Made by a program: the position numbers and the translations under genes. A stretch of 63,874 nucleotides of DNA, filler included. It is 5 parts of 5 records of this genome, joined end to end, with 100 filler letters (N's around TTAATTAATTAA, not from the genome) between each part and the next. Parts side by side here need not be neighbours in the genome. Positions count along the whole stretch, not along the records: positions 42,364 to 49,171 come from SRR31156797_14730; positions 49,272 to 58,604 come from SRR31156797_14745; 3 more parts are not named here. One strand, given 5' to 3'. Positions 42,364 through 52,219 of the stretch are shown piece by piece. The notes below the pieces were generated by a model that searched no databases, had not been told where the DNA came from, and was given only the letters and a program-made list of their open reading frames with translations. Position 1 is the stretch's first letter. Every line of letters begins with the position of its first letter.

Positions 42364-42789
42364 GTCACGAAGCAGACCCGAAATCCCTGCCGGGTTGAAC
42401 GTGCCATCCGTAAATGAAGGAAGTTTATGAGTCGGATCCGTCACGACGTAATGGAATCCATCACTTGCCTGGTATTCATTGACCGGAAGGCAATCATCCC
42501 AGCCGTTCATCAGCCAGGAGACCAGGAGTGGTTCCCATGTTTCCCAATCCATATCCACAACACCATCTGCATATGGTGCAACAGCGCTTTCATTCAATCC
42601 CTGGTTCAACGGTAGTCCGTCACCATCTTCATCAGACGGGAATCCATGGATCAGGTCCGTCGTACTGATTGTTTCGGACAATGAGCCGTACGAGCCAGCA
42701 AGTTCGTAAGTCTTCACCACTTCAGCCTGTGCAGCGAAACCACCCAGCATCAAAAACGACACAACCCCCACAATCATTGCTCTTGCCAT
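42364..42789 (-). CDS. Secreted protein, paralog of the 43355 PEP-CTERM protein, 3' truncated
   Basis: Signal peptide; shares DLIHG, H.V.TDP.H..P..TDGT and GLL.D with 43355..44086. Confidence 0.75.
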
Positions 42790-43354
42790 TTTTCCACCTT
42801 CTTCCCGTGCAATAGGTGCACGTAAATGTGTTCCATAACCCGATGCGATCCCACTCGATCAGGCTTACCAAAAATCCTTGCGTAAGACATAGCAAGGCAC
42901 TAAATTGACTTTTCAAGCCGGCTTACATTTGTTACCCAAATTCTGCAGCCGGTTACCTCGTGCGATTGGTACTTCGATTGACCATATGATGCCCCCCTGG
43001 GCACTATTAATTTTATCAATTACGAATATCGATTGCAAGATAATCGCCACCGATAAGGCTGTCTGGACGTACTTCTTATAACGTCCGATTATCGTGACTG
43101 GATTTCCATAAAATGTAATTACATTTAGAGTTATCTCTTTTTTTACAGGGACGTTTTTCACAGTCTATCTTGAATCGATAGTTTCATTTGGCTATCCTAT
43201 AGACTGGAGGAAACAAGTAGAGAAGAAGCGAACATTTGGGGGGATCTCTCACGTGTTCTAACGTCAGGCGATGCGGGTAAGTTGCCTGGCCCCAGTGGAA
43301 CGCAGCTCTACTTCGGCAATTGGTTCTCTTTCATCTCAAAGGAGGTAAGGAAAC

Positions 43355-44086
43355 ATGAGGACTCTCGTAGCAAGTATTTGTGTATTGAGTTTGGCTTTTA
43401 CAGCAAACGCCGCACTGGTATCGAACACCACCACCGGTCCTGACGCAAACAGCCTTGATGGCATGATCGCAACTGGCGACCTGATTCATGGTCAGATTGC
43501 ATCCTGGACCAGCGATGCTGCATGGCACGGTGTTACTACCGATCCGGCACACCGCGAACCTGCACTGACCGATGGCACCGGAACTACTGGTGGCTACTAC
43601 GGTCTGCTGAATGACTACAACATCAGCTCGTTCCAGTATGATTTTGCTGCACCGACCGACGTCGCTGGCGTCAACATTCTCACCGGTAACGCCGGCAAAG
43701 ATGGTCGTTGCTTCTCCACCACCGTCATCGAATACTCGATCGACAACGGTGCGAACTTCCAGCTTCTGGGTTACTTCCAGTCGCACGATTTCGGCACAAC
43801 GAACCACGGCGAATTCGGCAGCACCATGGTCGAAGTTGCTGATGATGCAGGCAACCTGATGAGTGGCATCACCAACGTGAAGTTCCACTTCCATCCAGTC
43901 GACAACACCCAGGGTCAGTACCGTGATGCTTATGATGGCATCAACCCCTACACCGGTGTTGATGATATGCTTTCTGCAGCAGCAGTTTCTCCGCTGGTCT
44001 TTGAAATTGACATGATTGCAGTTCCCGAACCGGCATCCCTCGCTCTGCTGGCTATCGGTGGCCTGGCAATCATCCGTCGTCGCTAA
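43355..44086 (+). CDS. PEP-CTERM sorting domain protein
   Basis: GGAGG RBS, signal peptide, C-terminal VPEPASLALLAIGGLAIIRRR. Confidence 0.93.
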   Translation: MRTLVASICVLSLAFTANAALVSNTTTGPDANSLDGMIATGDLIHGQIASWTSDAAWHGVTTDPAHREPALTDGTGTTGGYYGLLNDYNISSFQYDFAAPTDVAGVNILTGNAGKDGRCFSTTVIEYSIDNGANFQLLGYFQSHDFGTTNHGEFGSTMVEVADDAGNLMSGITNVKFHFHPVDNTQGQYRDAYDGINPYTGVDDMLSAAAVSPLVFEIDMIAVPEPASLALLAIGGLAIIRRR

Positions 44087-44117
44087 GTAAAGCGATTGAC
44101 AGTTTGATGTGAAAAAC

Positions 44118-44154
44118 AACCGCGGAGTGCTCCGGCATTCCGCGGTTTTTGTTT
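44118..44154 (+). terminator. Intrinsic terminator
   Basis: AACCGCGGAGTGC-TCCG-GCATTCCGCGGTT followed by T-rich tail. Confidence 0.85.
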
Positions 44155-44322
44155 GTCCAGTTCTTCCCCCCTCCTGAATGCTGCCTTTCAAGGTCGAACA
44201 TTGCGGCTCTACCCGCACGGCGGTATGATTCTCCAATTGGCGCGGCATGTCCGCTGAGACAGTTTTCCACGACACATACGGGGCTTTCCCGTTCCGCATT
44301 GCGGCCAACGGATTGGATTCAC

Positions 44323-46644
44323 ATGCGACACTACAGCCTTTCGACTGCGTTATCAGTACTGGCAATGCTGATTCTCGTCTTCCCTGCGTCTGCTCAGTCA
44401 CTTGATGGTCTTCCCGTGAAGGACATGGAGTTTGAAGGGGCGGTCTCCGTGACCCAGGCATGGCTGCTCGGAATCGTCCAGACAACCGTGGGGGATCCAT
44501 TCAATTCGGCCATGGCAGATGATGATGCTGATCGCCTGCTCAAAACAGGTAAGTTTATCGCCGTAGATATGCAGGCTGACTCATATGAAGATGGCGTCCG
44601 GGTGCGGTTTATTCTGTCCGAACGTGCGGTTATTAATCAGATTCTGTTCCTGGGGAATACAGAGTTTTCTTCGTCGGACCTGATGAAGGAGATTTCAGCC
44701 CGGGTGGGTGATCCGATCGACAGCTTTACTGTAGCCGAAGGCAGGGATTCACTGATCGAGACGTATCGCAACAAGGGGTACAGCGAGGTTGATGTTGCGT
44801 ATGACGTTGAACTGCTGAAAACGGACGGAGTGCTGGAGTACCGGATTGAAGAAGGTCCGCGATCCCGCATTCGGGATATTCGTTTTGAGGGGAATGACTC
44901 GATCGATGAGATCGAGTTGGCGAACGAGATTCAGACCCAGAAGCGGTTCTGGCCTTTCGTCGAGGGGTATCTCGATCCGGATAAAGTTGAATCGGATGCC
45001 GCGACCCTGCAGAACTACTACCGCGATGAAGGATATCTCGATGCCCGTGTCACCTGGCGGGTGGAACGCAGCATGGACGGTACCCGCCTGGAAGTAATCT
45101 TCACCGTGGTGGAGGGCGTGCGCTACTTTATTGAGAACATCCGCTTTGAAGGCAATACCGTTTTCAATGACGACGAGCTTTATGAACTGCTGCCGATGCA
45201 GATCGACAACCCGATGCTGCGTGTAAATGTCGATCGGTCGCTGAAGCGACTCAAGGAACACTACGGGGAAATCGGATACATCTACTCGCAGATCACGGCG
45301 GACCGGGCGTTCTCGGAAGAGCCGGGGTATGTTGAGCTGACTTTCAACATTGATGAAGGCGAGCAGATCCGCGTTGGTCGTATCGTGATTCGCGGGAACC
45401 AGAATACGCAGGACAAAGTCGTCCGTCGTGAGCTGGATCTGTTTCCGGAAGAGCTCTACAACTCCAATGAAGCGGGAGCAGCTGAGAAGCGTATTCGTTC
45501 GACGCAGCTTTTTGAGCGGGCAATGATTACGCCGGTCGGTACCCAGGAAGGGTATCGCGATGTGGTCGTTAACGTTCAGGAAATGCAGAAGGCCGGGGAC
45601 TTCATCTTTGGTGTCGGGGTTTCATCGGACAGTGGGCTTCTTGGCTCGATCATGCTGGATGTCAAAAACTTCGACCTGTTTGACTGGCCGCGTACGTTCA
45701 AGGAGTTCATCAAGATGAAGTCCTTCCGCGGTGCGGGGCAGCGGTTGAAGATCGAGGCACAACCCGGTACGGATCTTCAGCGGTTCCGGATCGACTTTAC
45801 TGAGCCGTACCTGATGGATAAGCCGATCCGGTTCGGAGTTGGTGCGTACTACTTTGAGCGCGGTCGTGACTCGTACGATGAACGCCGGGTGGGCGGTCAC
45901 GTTTCTCTCGGTCGCCGGTTGACCTTTATTCCGATCATGAAGGAATGGTACGGTGAGATCGCGCTTCGGGGCGAGACGGTCAAGATCAGTGATCTCGAGT
46001 TGTTCTCACCGCGCGATGTCCGGGACGTTCGCGGGCATAACCTGATGACGAGTGTGAAGCTGTCGCTGGTTCGTGACCGGACGGACAGTCGCTTCCTGCC
46101 TACCAGAGGGGATCGGTTGTCGCTGTCGTATGAGCAGTTCGGCATCTTTTCCGGGGATCACTTCTTCGGCAAGTTTTCAGCCCAGTATGTCTGGCATAAG
46201 ACGATGTACACCGACGTGCAGGAGCGTAAGTCGGTGCTGACATTGTGGGCCAAGGGTGGCGGCATGTTCGGCGAATCGCCAGTATTCGAGAGATATTATG
46301 CTGGTGGTATCGGGTCGATGCGTGGATTTGAGTTCCGCGGTGTTTCGCCAAGACAGGGGCTGAAAGACTATCGCGTCGGTGGTGACTTCATGGTGACCAC
46401 GGGTGCGGAGTATTCATTCCCGATGTATGCCGACATTATCCGCGGTGTTTTCTTTACGGACATGGGTACCGTTGAGGAAGATTTCGAGATTACCGACTGG
46501 CGAGCATCGGTTGGTTTCGGTATTCGATTGATGGTCGAGTTCCTCGGACCTGTTCCTATTGAGTTTGATTTTGCGGTTCCCGTGCTGAAGGGCGAACACG
46601 ACGATACGCAGGAGTTCAGCTTCTTCATCGGGACGGTGTTCTAA
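44323..46644 (+). CDS. bamA: Outer membrane protein assembly factor BamA
   Basis: Signal peptide from Met 44323, POTRA domains, MRGFEFRG, RASVGFGIR, C-terminal FSFFIGTVF. Confidence 0.93.
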   Translation: MRHYSLSTALSVLAMLILVFPASAQSLDGLPVKDMEFEGAVSVTQAWLLGIVQTTVGDPFNSAMADDDADRLLKTGKFIAVDMQADSYEDGVRVRFILSERAVINQILFLGNTEFSSSDLMKEISARVGDPIDSFTVAEGRDSLIETYRNKGYSEVDVAYDVELLKTDGVLEYRIEEGPRSRIRDIRFEGNDSIDEIELANEIQTQKRFWPFVEGYLDPDKVESDAATLQNYYRDEGYLDARVTWRVERSMDGTRLEVIFTVVEGVRYFIENIRFEGNTVFNDDELYELLPMQIDNPMLRVNVDRSLKRLKEHYGEIGYIYSQITADRAFSEEPGYVELTFNIDEGEQIRVGRIVIRGNQNTQDKVVRRELDLFPEELYNSNEAGAAEKRIRSTQLFERAMITPVGTQEGYRDVVVNVQEMQKAGDFIFGVGVSSDSGLLGSIMLDVKNFDLFDWPRTFKEFIKMKSFRGAGQRLKIEAQPGTDLQRFRIDFTEPYLMDKPIRFGVGAYYFERGRDSYDERRVGGHVSLGRRLTFIPIMKEWYGEIALRGETVKISDLELFSPRDVRDVRGHNLMTSVKLSLVRDRTDSRFLPTRGDRLSLSYEQFGIFSGDHFFGKFSAQYVWHKTMYTDVQERKSVLTLWAKGGGMFGESPVFERYYAGGIGSMRGFEFRGVSPRQGLKDYRVGGDFMVTTGAEYSFPMYADIIRGVFFTDMGTVEEDFEITDWRASVGFGIRLMVEFLGPVPIEFDFAVPVLKGEHDDTQEFSFFIGTVF

Positions 46645-46665
46645 ACGAACGGAGGGGAAGGAGAG

Positions 46666-46989
46666 ATGCAGCGGCCAATACCGGGAGTATTGTGGGTAGC
46701 GATTATCCTTGTTGGTTTCGCAACACTTTTTTCAGGATTGCAGATATCCCGAAAACCGGAGTTTATTGTTGCTTTTACCCTGAACTCCATGCTTCTTTAC
46801 GGCCTCATCAAAGGGTATGTGTGGGCGTATTACTTCACGATCATCGGTATTGCTCTGGGTGTGATCATAGCCACCCTGACAGGAGGCATTGCAGCTGGAG
46901 GAGGTTTTTTCTTCATCAACTGCTTCGTTCTCATGCCTGTTCTTCTCAGCAAGCATTTCTTTTTCTCCACCCGCTATGATGCAGAATAG
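46666..46989 (+). CDS. Small 4-TM membrane protein
   Basis: AGGAG RBS, four hydrophobic segments. Confidence 0.65.
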   Translation: MQRPIPGVLWVAIILVGFATLFSGLQISRKPEFIVAFTLNSMLLYGLIKGYVWAYYFTIIGIALGVIIATLTGGIAAGGGFFFINCFVLMPVLLSKHFFFSTRYDAE

Positions 46990-46993
46990 ACGC

Positions 46994-47728
46994 ATGTCAG
47001 CCAAGGCAAAGATTTTCGAGTATGAAGATTTAAAAGAGCTGGTTGCTTCAATCGCAGCAGGCAACGTCAACATCACGTGCGAATCCTGCAGATACAATCT
47101 GCGAGGTATTGCGGGTGAGGAAAAAACGTGTCCTGAGTGTGGCAACAAGAATCAATTCACGTCATTTGTTTCCAACGTTGACATCCATTGCGTCCGCGAA
47201 GACTTCAGAAGAATGAGTACTCGTACGGCTGCATTCCCCATCTCCCTGTTTTGCGGAATCCTGTTCGCCTGCCCGGCGGTCCTTTTTCTTGTTCTGATTG
47301 GCTTCGCCGATATGTTTATCATTATCCCGTTGCTGCTGATTCTTTCAGCCATCCCCATGTACGGACTGTTTGCTTCAATTTCCTCTTATAGCGAGTTAAC
47401 AATGTTCTTTCGAGGAATGCCTGATCGCTATCTCATGGTTTTCCGACTACCGGGTGGACGACGATCAGTGATATTTCTGAATCTCAGTTTTGTTCTGGGT
47501 ATTGTACTTCTCTCTGTCCTGGGGGTACTGAAAGACCCCAGTTCCTTTCTATCCGCCTCCCTGCTCCTTTTCGTGTTCTCCGTTTCGACGGTGTTTTTTC
47601 TAATCGTTCTTCCGATTCTAAGAATCTCACCAGATGTGTTCACAAACCGGATCGTCGAAGCCGGACTTCGTGTGTTCTGCAGAAAACGCATCAACTCATA
47701 TCAAGCACGTATACATGAGGATATATAG
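46994..47728 (+). CDS. Membrane protein with N-terminal zinc ribbon
   Basis: CESCRYNLRG...CPECG followed by about 4 TM helices; start at Met 46994. Confidence 0.7.
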   Translation: MSAKAKIFEYEDLKELVASIAAGNVNITCESCRYNLRGIAGEEKTCPECGNKNQFTSFVSNVDIHCVREDFRRMSTRTAAFPISLFCGILFACPAVLFLVLIGFADMFIIIPLLLILSAIPMYGLFASISSYSELTMFFRGMPDRYLMVFRLPGGRRSVIFLNLSFVLGIVLLSVLGVLKDPSSFLSASLLLFVFSVSTVFFLIVLPILRISPDVFTNRIVEAGLRVFCRKRINSYQARIHEDI

Positions 47729-47811
47729 CACTCCTGGTATAGCATGCACGCTTCTCGTTCCGAGTTGTTTTTCGGGACCTGGTTCCGTCCATTTCCCGGG
47801 TTTACCATATC

Positions 47812-47887
47812 CTGCCCCGCTTGGGGCAGATGTTTGAAGGTAGAGGGGTGAAGGGTTAGCGGCATGGACAGGATGTCCATGCCACGG
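47812..47887. repeat. Two REP-like palindromes
   Basis: CTGCCCC-GCTT-GGGGCAG (47812-47829) and GGCATGGACA-GGA-TGTCCATGCC(AC) (47861-47885; minus strand begins GTGG). Confidence 0.55.
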
Positions 47888-47909
47888 ATGGTATGAAATT
47901 GGAATCAAG

Positions 47910-47940
47910 AAAAGGGCTGTCCGGTGAGGGACAGCCCTTT
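47910..47940. terminator. Bidirectional intrinsic terminator
   Basis: AAAGGGCTGTCC-N6-GGACAGCCCTTT between convergent genes. Confidence 0.85.
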
Positions 47941-47962
47941 GGGAAACTGTATTCGTTTTTGA

Positions 47963-48622
47963 TTAGCGACGACGACGGATGATCATCAGGCCTCCGATTG
48001 CGGCGATTGCGATGGTGCCGGGCTCGGGGGTGACGGTGAACTTCCAGTCTTCGACTTCGCCCTGACGGACACGACCGTACGGGGTCAGTGCATCGGGGTT
48101 GTTGCCCGGAAGTGACGTGTTGCAGCAGACGCGGCCGCGGAGCCAGTAGTCACCCGGGATGATCGTTTCGGCAATCGTAATCGTCACGTCGACGTACTTC
48201 TGCAGGATCGTCGCTGGTTCGCCACTGGGACGGGCCCAGACGTGGTATTCGAGACGTTCATCAATGTTTGCGAAATCGTTGCCCTGGTCCCAGTCAATCC
48301 AGGCGCCAAGGCTGTCCGATGCGTGCGATCCGGTTGCCTTGCGGCGGAAGTCAAAACGGAAGGTAACTTCATCACCAATGGCCATATCATCATGACCGAA
48401 GTCACTGCCGTTAATCGACCAGCTAATGCCGTCATCCGAGGCATCTACCGGGAGCATACCATTTTCTTTATCCCAGAGTTCGCCCAGACGCTGCCATTCG
48501 CCGGTATTGTGTTTCGCGGCTTCATAATCCGCTGCATCACTCCAATCCAGTCTTCCTGCCTGAGCCGAACTAACAAACAAACCTGCAACCACAGCACAGA
48601 GTGCAATACGCTTCATTCCCAT
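47963..48622 (-). CDS. PEP-CTERM protein with GEVED domain
   Basis: Signal peptide, AWIDWDQGNDF...WLRGRV...GEVEDW, C-terminal TPEPGTIAIAAIGGLMIIRRRR. Confidence 0.9.
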   Translation of the reverse strand: MGMKRIALCAVVAGLFVSSAQAGRLDWSDAADYEAAKHNTGEWQRLGELWDKENGMLPVDASDDGISWSINGSDFGHDDMAIGDEVTFRFDFRRKATGSHASDSLGAWIDWDQGNDFANIDERLEYHVWARPSGEPATILQKYVDVTITIAETIIPGDYWLRGRVCCNTSLPGNNPDALTPYGRVRQGEVEDWKFTVTPEPGTIAIAAIGGLMIIRRRR

Positions 48623-48944
48623 TTCTCCTTGTTTCTCTCTAAGAAACGCCGCGCGAGCGCGGTTCCGCCATTAATAAGATTAGATACCTGTGTGGTGTGT
48701 CGCGTCCTTTCCTTTCGATTCAAATTGTAGCTAATGGCAAATGTGGTTCAAGTTGGGTTTTCAACTATTGACATTGTTATCGGGCATGGGTTGTAAACAT
48801 CGCTGTTTAATGGCGGTAGATGTATGTTTTTGTGCCATATCGTGTCAGGTTTTTTCAGGGTTGAATTTTGTTGGTATTTATCGGGTTTAAGCTGGTTAAG
48901 GGTTTGGTTTGATTCAATGAAGAGTATATTCCGATAACCAGATG

Positions 48945-49171
48945 CTATAAATAACTGGGGTTGAAGTCGATATTGTGTGCGACCAGAAGAGCCTTCAATT
49001 CCTCCAGAAATGTGGTTTTTGCGTGATGTTCATCCTGCCTCTGGATGTATGCTTTGACAGCTTCGAGCTGTGATTGGCTAACGGTAAAAGCACCGTAGCC
49101 GGGTTGCCAAGAGAAATTCGATTGAGAGGGTAGAACATTCTTGATCCATCGCGAAGAATTGGCCTTTATTT
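48945..49171 (-). mobile_element. tnpA: IS200/IS605-family (Y1 HUH, RAYT-like) transposase, C-terminal part; 5' truncated, absent from ORF track
   Basis: Hand translation IKANSSRWIK...FSWQPGYGAFTVSQSQLEAVKAYIQRQDEHHAKTTFLEELKALL..HNIDF..YL*, with the catalytic YIxxQ helix. Confidence 0.88.
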
Positions 49172-49271
49172 NNNNNNNNNNNNNNNNNNNNNNNNNNNNN
49201 NNNNNNNNNNNNNNNTTAATTAATTAANNNNNNNNNNNNNNNNNNNNNNNNNNNNNNNNNNNNNNNNNNNN
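49172..49271. other. Artificial contig spacer
   Basis: N-run + TTAATTAATTAA + N-run. Confidence 0.97.
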
Positions 49272-49300
49272 GTTCCCTTTGGCCACTCGGGAACCCCACC
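49272..49300 (-). tRNA. tRNA 5' fragment, most likely tRNA-Tyr
   Basis: Reverse complement GGTGGGGTTCCCGAGTGGCCAAAGGGAAC matches the acceptor and D-arm typical of bacterial tRNA-Tyr; anticodon cut off by contig end. Confidence 0.8.
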
Positions 49301-49322
49301 ACTCTATATGAACCGTTACCGG

Positions 49323-49646
49323 TTAGATATCCATTTTGCGTTCATTGTCGCGATATTTTACGTCGCGCTTGGCAGCCTGCTCTTTTTCAAGCCTGCTGAT
49401 TTCTTCTTTGAAAAAGTCGATCTGCTTTTTACACAGTTCCGCGTTCCCGTCAACATCTCCTGTGGTCAGTTTTCCAAGAAGCGCGTATTCTTTTTCAAGA
49501 CGCTTTTCAAGCTGGCAGACTTCGAAGTTTCCAAGCAGTCTGGAAACGATTCCTTTCATCTCCGCCAGCCAGACATCGAGACCTAGTTTAAAGTTTTCAA
49601 GAAGTCCACTACTTTTTTCATTAGAATTAAAATCCTGCCCGCTCAT
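49323..49646 (-). CDS. Hypothetical coiled-coil protein
   Basis: GGAGG RBS, co-oriented with the upstream operon. Confidence 0.65.
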   Translation of the reverse strand: MSGQDFNSNEKSSGLLENFKLGLDVWLAEMKGIVSRLLGNFEVCQLEKRLEKEYALLGKLTTGDVDGNAELCKKQIDFFKEEISRLEKEQAAKRDVKYRDNERKMDI

Positions 49647-49676
49647 ACTTCCCTCCGTTATGAAAAGCTTAACATT

Positions 49677-50471
49677 TTAATCGATTCTGACATACCCGTT
49701 CCGGTCGAGACGGATTTCCTCGGAACCCTCGGGCAGCTTGAGCTCAAGCGCTTTTGCCTGCCACGGTTTCGCAGTGAAGTTCCGGGATTTGATACGCAAA
49801 ATGGCTTTGTCGCCCAGTTCTGTGTATACGACGATTTTTTCCGGCAGCAGTTTGCCTGAATTGTCTTCTTCATAAGATGACAGTTCCATGCGCCATGGAA
49901 TTTCGCCCCGTCCCGATATTTCCACCGGGGTTCCCTGTTCCGTCAGCACGATTGAACTGACGGGGCCGTTGTCAAAGGTAAAACGCAGTTTCCCGTTTTC
50001 AGGAGCTGCGGTATTGTATGATTTTGGTATCAGGTTGGGATAACAGCCGGAGATGAGTCCTGCAAGGTCTTTCAGGGAGAAGGGAAAGGGCAGGCCCAGT
50101 ATTTGGACCGCACGGACCGGAGAAGAATGTGAGTAGGCTGTTTTCTGGTCAGGATAGAACGCGGTCAGTCCTGAATCATCCTCGCGGATATGGGCGATGT
50201 AGGCCCCGATGCCTGCGCGTACATCAAGCCGCAGGGGAGATATATAATCACCCCAGAGAGACATTGTAGTGCGGTGTCCTGATCCTTTTGAGGTGTAATA
50301 GAGGCTGGCCTTGGCCCGGATGCCTGTGGCGTTACAATTGCCGTATTCATTGCGGAAGGTGTTGTAGATGTTCGCGGTGTTGCCATTAAATGCGGCACGG
50401 TGGGTGCATCCGCCGAGTGCAATAAGCAAGACCAGCAGAATCAAGGCCAAACGGCGTGAGCAGGAAATCAT
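49677..50471 (-). CDS. Lipoprotein, LolB-like / DUF4292-like
   Basis: Lipobox LGGC; beta-rich; LolA/LolB-like pattern; ATGA overlap with the TPR gene. Confidence 0.55.
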   Translation of the reverse strand: MISCSRRLALILLVLLIALGGCTHRAAFNGNTANIYNTFRNEYGNCNATGIRAKASLYYTSKGSGHRTTMSLWGDYISPLRLDVRAGIGAYIAHIREDDSGLTAFYPDQKTAYSHSSPVRAVQILGLPFPFSLKDLAGLISGCYPNLIPKSYNTAAPENGKLRFTFDNGPVSSIVLTEQGTPVEISGRGEIPWRMELSSYEEDNSGKLLPEKIVVYTELGDKAILRIKSRNFTAKPWQAKALELKLPEGSEEIRLDRNGYVRID

Positions 50472-52219
50472 AACTCTTCCAGTTTCCTGCGGATCTGCTC
50501 AGCGTTTTTGGGTTTTAATTCAAGAGCCTTACGATAGCCTTTCGCTGCGGATTTCTTTTTATCAAGTGCTGCGGCGATGTCTCCGTAATGGTCCCAGAGT
50601 TCCGGTTGTTTGGGTCTCAGGGATATGGCTCGTTTGATTATTTCCCATGCTTCTTCAAAGTTGCCCATGCGGTAGTTGACCCAAGCCAGCGAGTCGAGAA
50701 TGTAGCCGTTATCCGGTTCCAGTCTGTTGGCCCTGCTGATGAGAACCATGGCCCGGTCTAGCTGTTCATTTCGGTCAGCCAGAATGTAACCTACGAAATT
50801 GAGTGCGTCGGCATGGTCCGGGAAGTGGGAGATGATTTGTTCCATGTATTTCAGGGTCTGGTCCAGATTCCCTTCCTGTTCTTCCATAACCCCGAGCTGG
50901 AAAAGAATTTGCGGATGGCCGGGAGCATTAGCGTTGCCGCGCAGCAGGGCGTCCTTGGCGGACTTGCTGTCGCCTGCTTCTGAGTGCAGCCCTGATTCCA
51001 GCAGATAGAAATTAACTGCTTCAGGGAACTTTTCTTCACCCTTTCTTATTACTTCAAGGGCTTCTTTGTTGCGTCCCAGATCCATGAGCAGGTGTGCCCG
51101 GAATTGCAAGCTTCGGTCATAATGCTCGCTTTGTGGAGAAATTTTGCTGAGGTAGCCCAGAGCTTTGGCCGGGTCATCCTCACCCTCGTAGGCTATGGAC
51201 GCCTTGAAGAAATAGTAAGAGTCAGGGATTGTTTTCTGCTGGGCAAAAAGATCCAGCAGGATAGAGGCTTGCCCGTAGAATTTTCCGCTGATGAACAGCT
51301 GGGTCGCTTCCAGTAGAAATGCTTTGCTGCGGGGGCCTTCGATGGCCAGCTTCAGTGCCCGTTCAGGATTGTTCAGTTTGAGACAGAGTTCCATTAGCCG
51401 CAGCCGGATATGATTGGATACATCCGGGAACTCGAGCATCTTGGTGTAGATTTTTTCTGCTGAATCGTAATCCTTTTCCAGTTCATGCATGTAGGCCAGT
51501 TCGCCCCACGCTTCAATGAAGTCAGGCTTGGTCTTTACCGCCCTGTTAAGGCTACGGATGGCTTGTCTGGTCAGCCCCAGTCCTGCACTGGCTTTGGCGT
51601 GCCAGTAGTGGATTTGTGCGGTCCGTTTGTCCTTGGGGATTACCTTAAGGATATCAAGGGCTTGCGCGAATTTATTTTGTTCTAGGTAGACGCGGGCCAG
51701 ATGTCCGGTGGCCACCAGATCGTCCGGGTTTTTGAGCAAATATTCCTTGAGCACGTTTTCGGCATCAACATTGCGGTTGTCCACCAGATAGGTGTTGGCA
51801 AGGCTGATATTCAGGTCTCGGCTGTTGGGGTACTTGGCAAGAGCCTCCTTGAGGGTGGCTCTTGCTTCATCAAGCTGTTGTGAAGTCCAGTATAGGGCAA
51901 ACTTGTCCAGATAAAGTTTTTCTTGCGGCTCAACGGCAATGATCCGGTTTAAAACGGTCAAAGCTTCTTTTTGCAGCTTCGCAACTTCATTGATTGTCTG
52001 GGGTGTTTTCAGTCCGCTCATGGCTTGTCCCAGCCGGGTGCGGTAATCCATGTAGACCAGATAATCGTAAGTTAACTGCGCTTCTGGACTCAGCGGGAGC
52101 TGAAATTCAGGTTGGGCAGTGTTCTTAGTTGCGCAGCCCTGCAGTATGAGCAGGACCAGAAGGGCTGTTACAGTGACAGCCTTTAGCGGGCAGCGTGATG
52201 AGCCGGTAGTTTGTCTCAT
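50468..52219 (-). CDS. Tetratricopeptide-repeat lipoprotein
   Basis: Lipobox LQGC; many TPRs; ALNFVGY.LAD, DSLAWV.Y, HYGD. Confidence 0.9.
   Translation of the reverse strand: MRQTTGSSRCPLKAVTVTALLVLLILQGCATKNTAQPEFQLPLSPEAQLTYDYLVYMDYRTRLGQAMSGLKTPQTINEVAKLQKEALTVLNRIIAVEPQEKLYLDKFALYWTSQQLDEARATLKEALAKYPNSRDLNISLANTYLVDNRNVDAENVLKEYLLKNPDDLVATGHLARVYLEQNKFAQALDILKVIPKDKRTAQIHYWHAKASAGLGLTRQAIRSLNRAVKTKPDFIEAWGELAYMHELEKDYDSAEKIYTKMLEFPDVSNHIRLRLMELCLKLNNPERALKLAIEGPRSKAFLLEATQLFISGKFYGQASILLDLFAQQKTIPDSYYFFKASIAYEGEDDPAKALGYLSKISPQSEHYDRSLQFRAHLLMDLGRNKEALEVIRKGEEKFPEAVNFYLLESGLHSEAGDSKSAKDALLRGNANAPGHPQILFQLGVMEEQEGNLDQTLKYMEQIISHFPDHADALNFVGYILADRNEQLDRAMVLISRANRLEPDNGYILDSLAWVNYRMGNFEEAWEIIKRAISLRPKQPELWDHYGDIAAALDKKKSAAKGYRKALELKPKNAEQIRRKLEEL

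Noticed and set aside
49031-49110. Consecutive hairpins ending TAGCCGGGTTGCC, resembling the 3' end of a c-di-GMP-I riboswitch
   Set aside because: The 5' GGCAAA...GAAA...GACGCAAA core is absent, and the region is the antisense of a clear transposase coding frame
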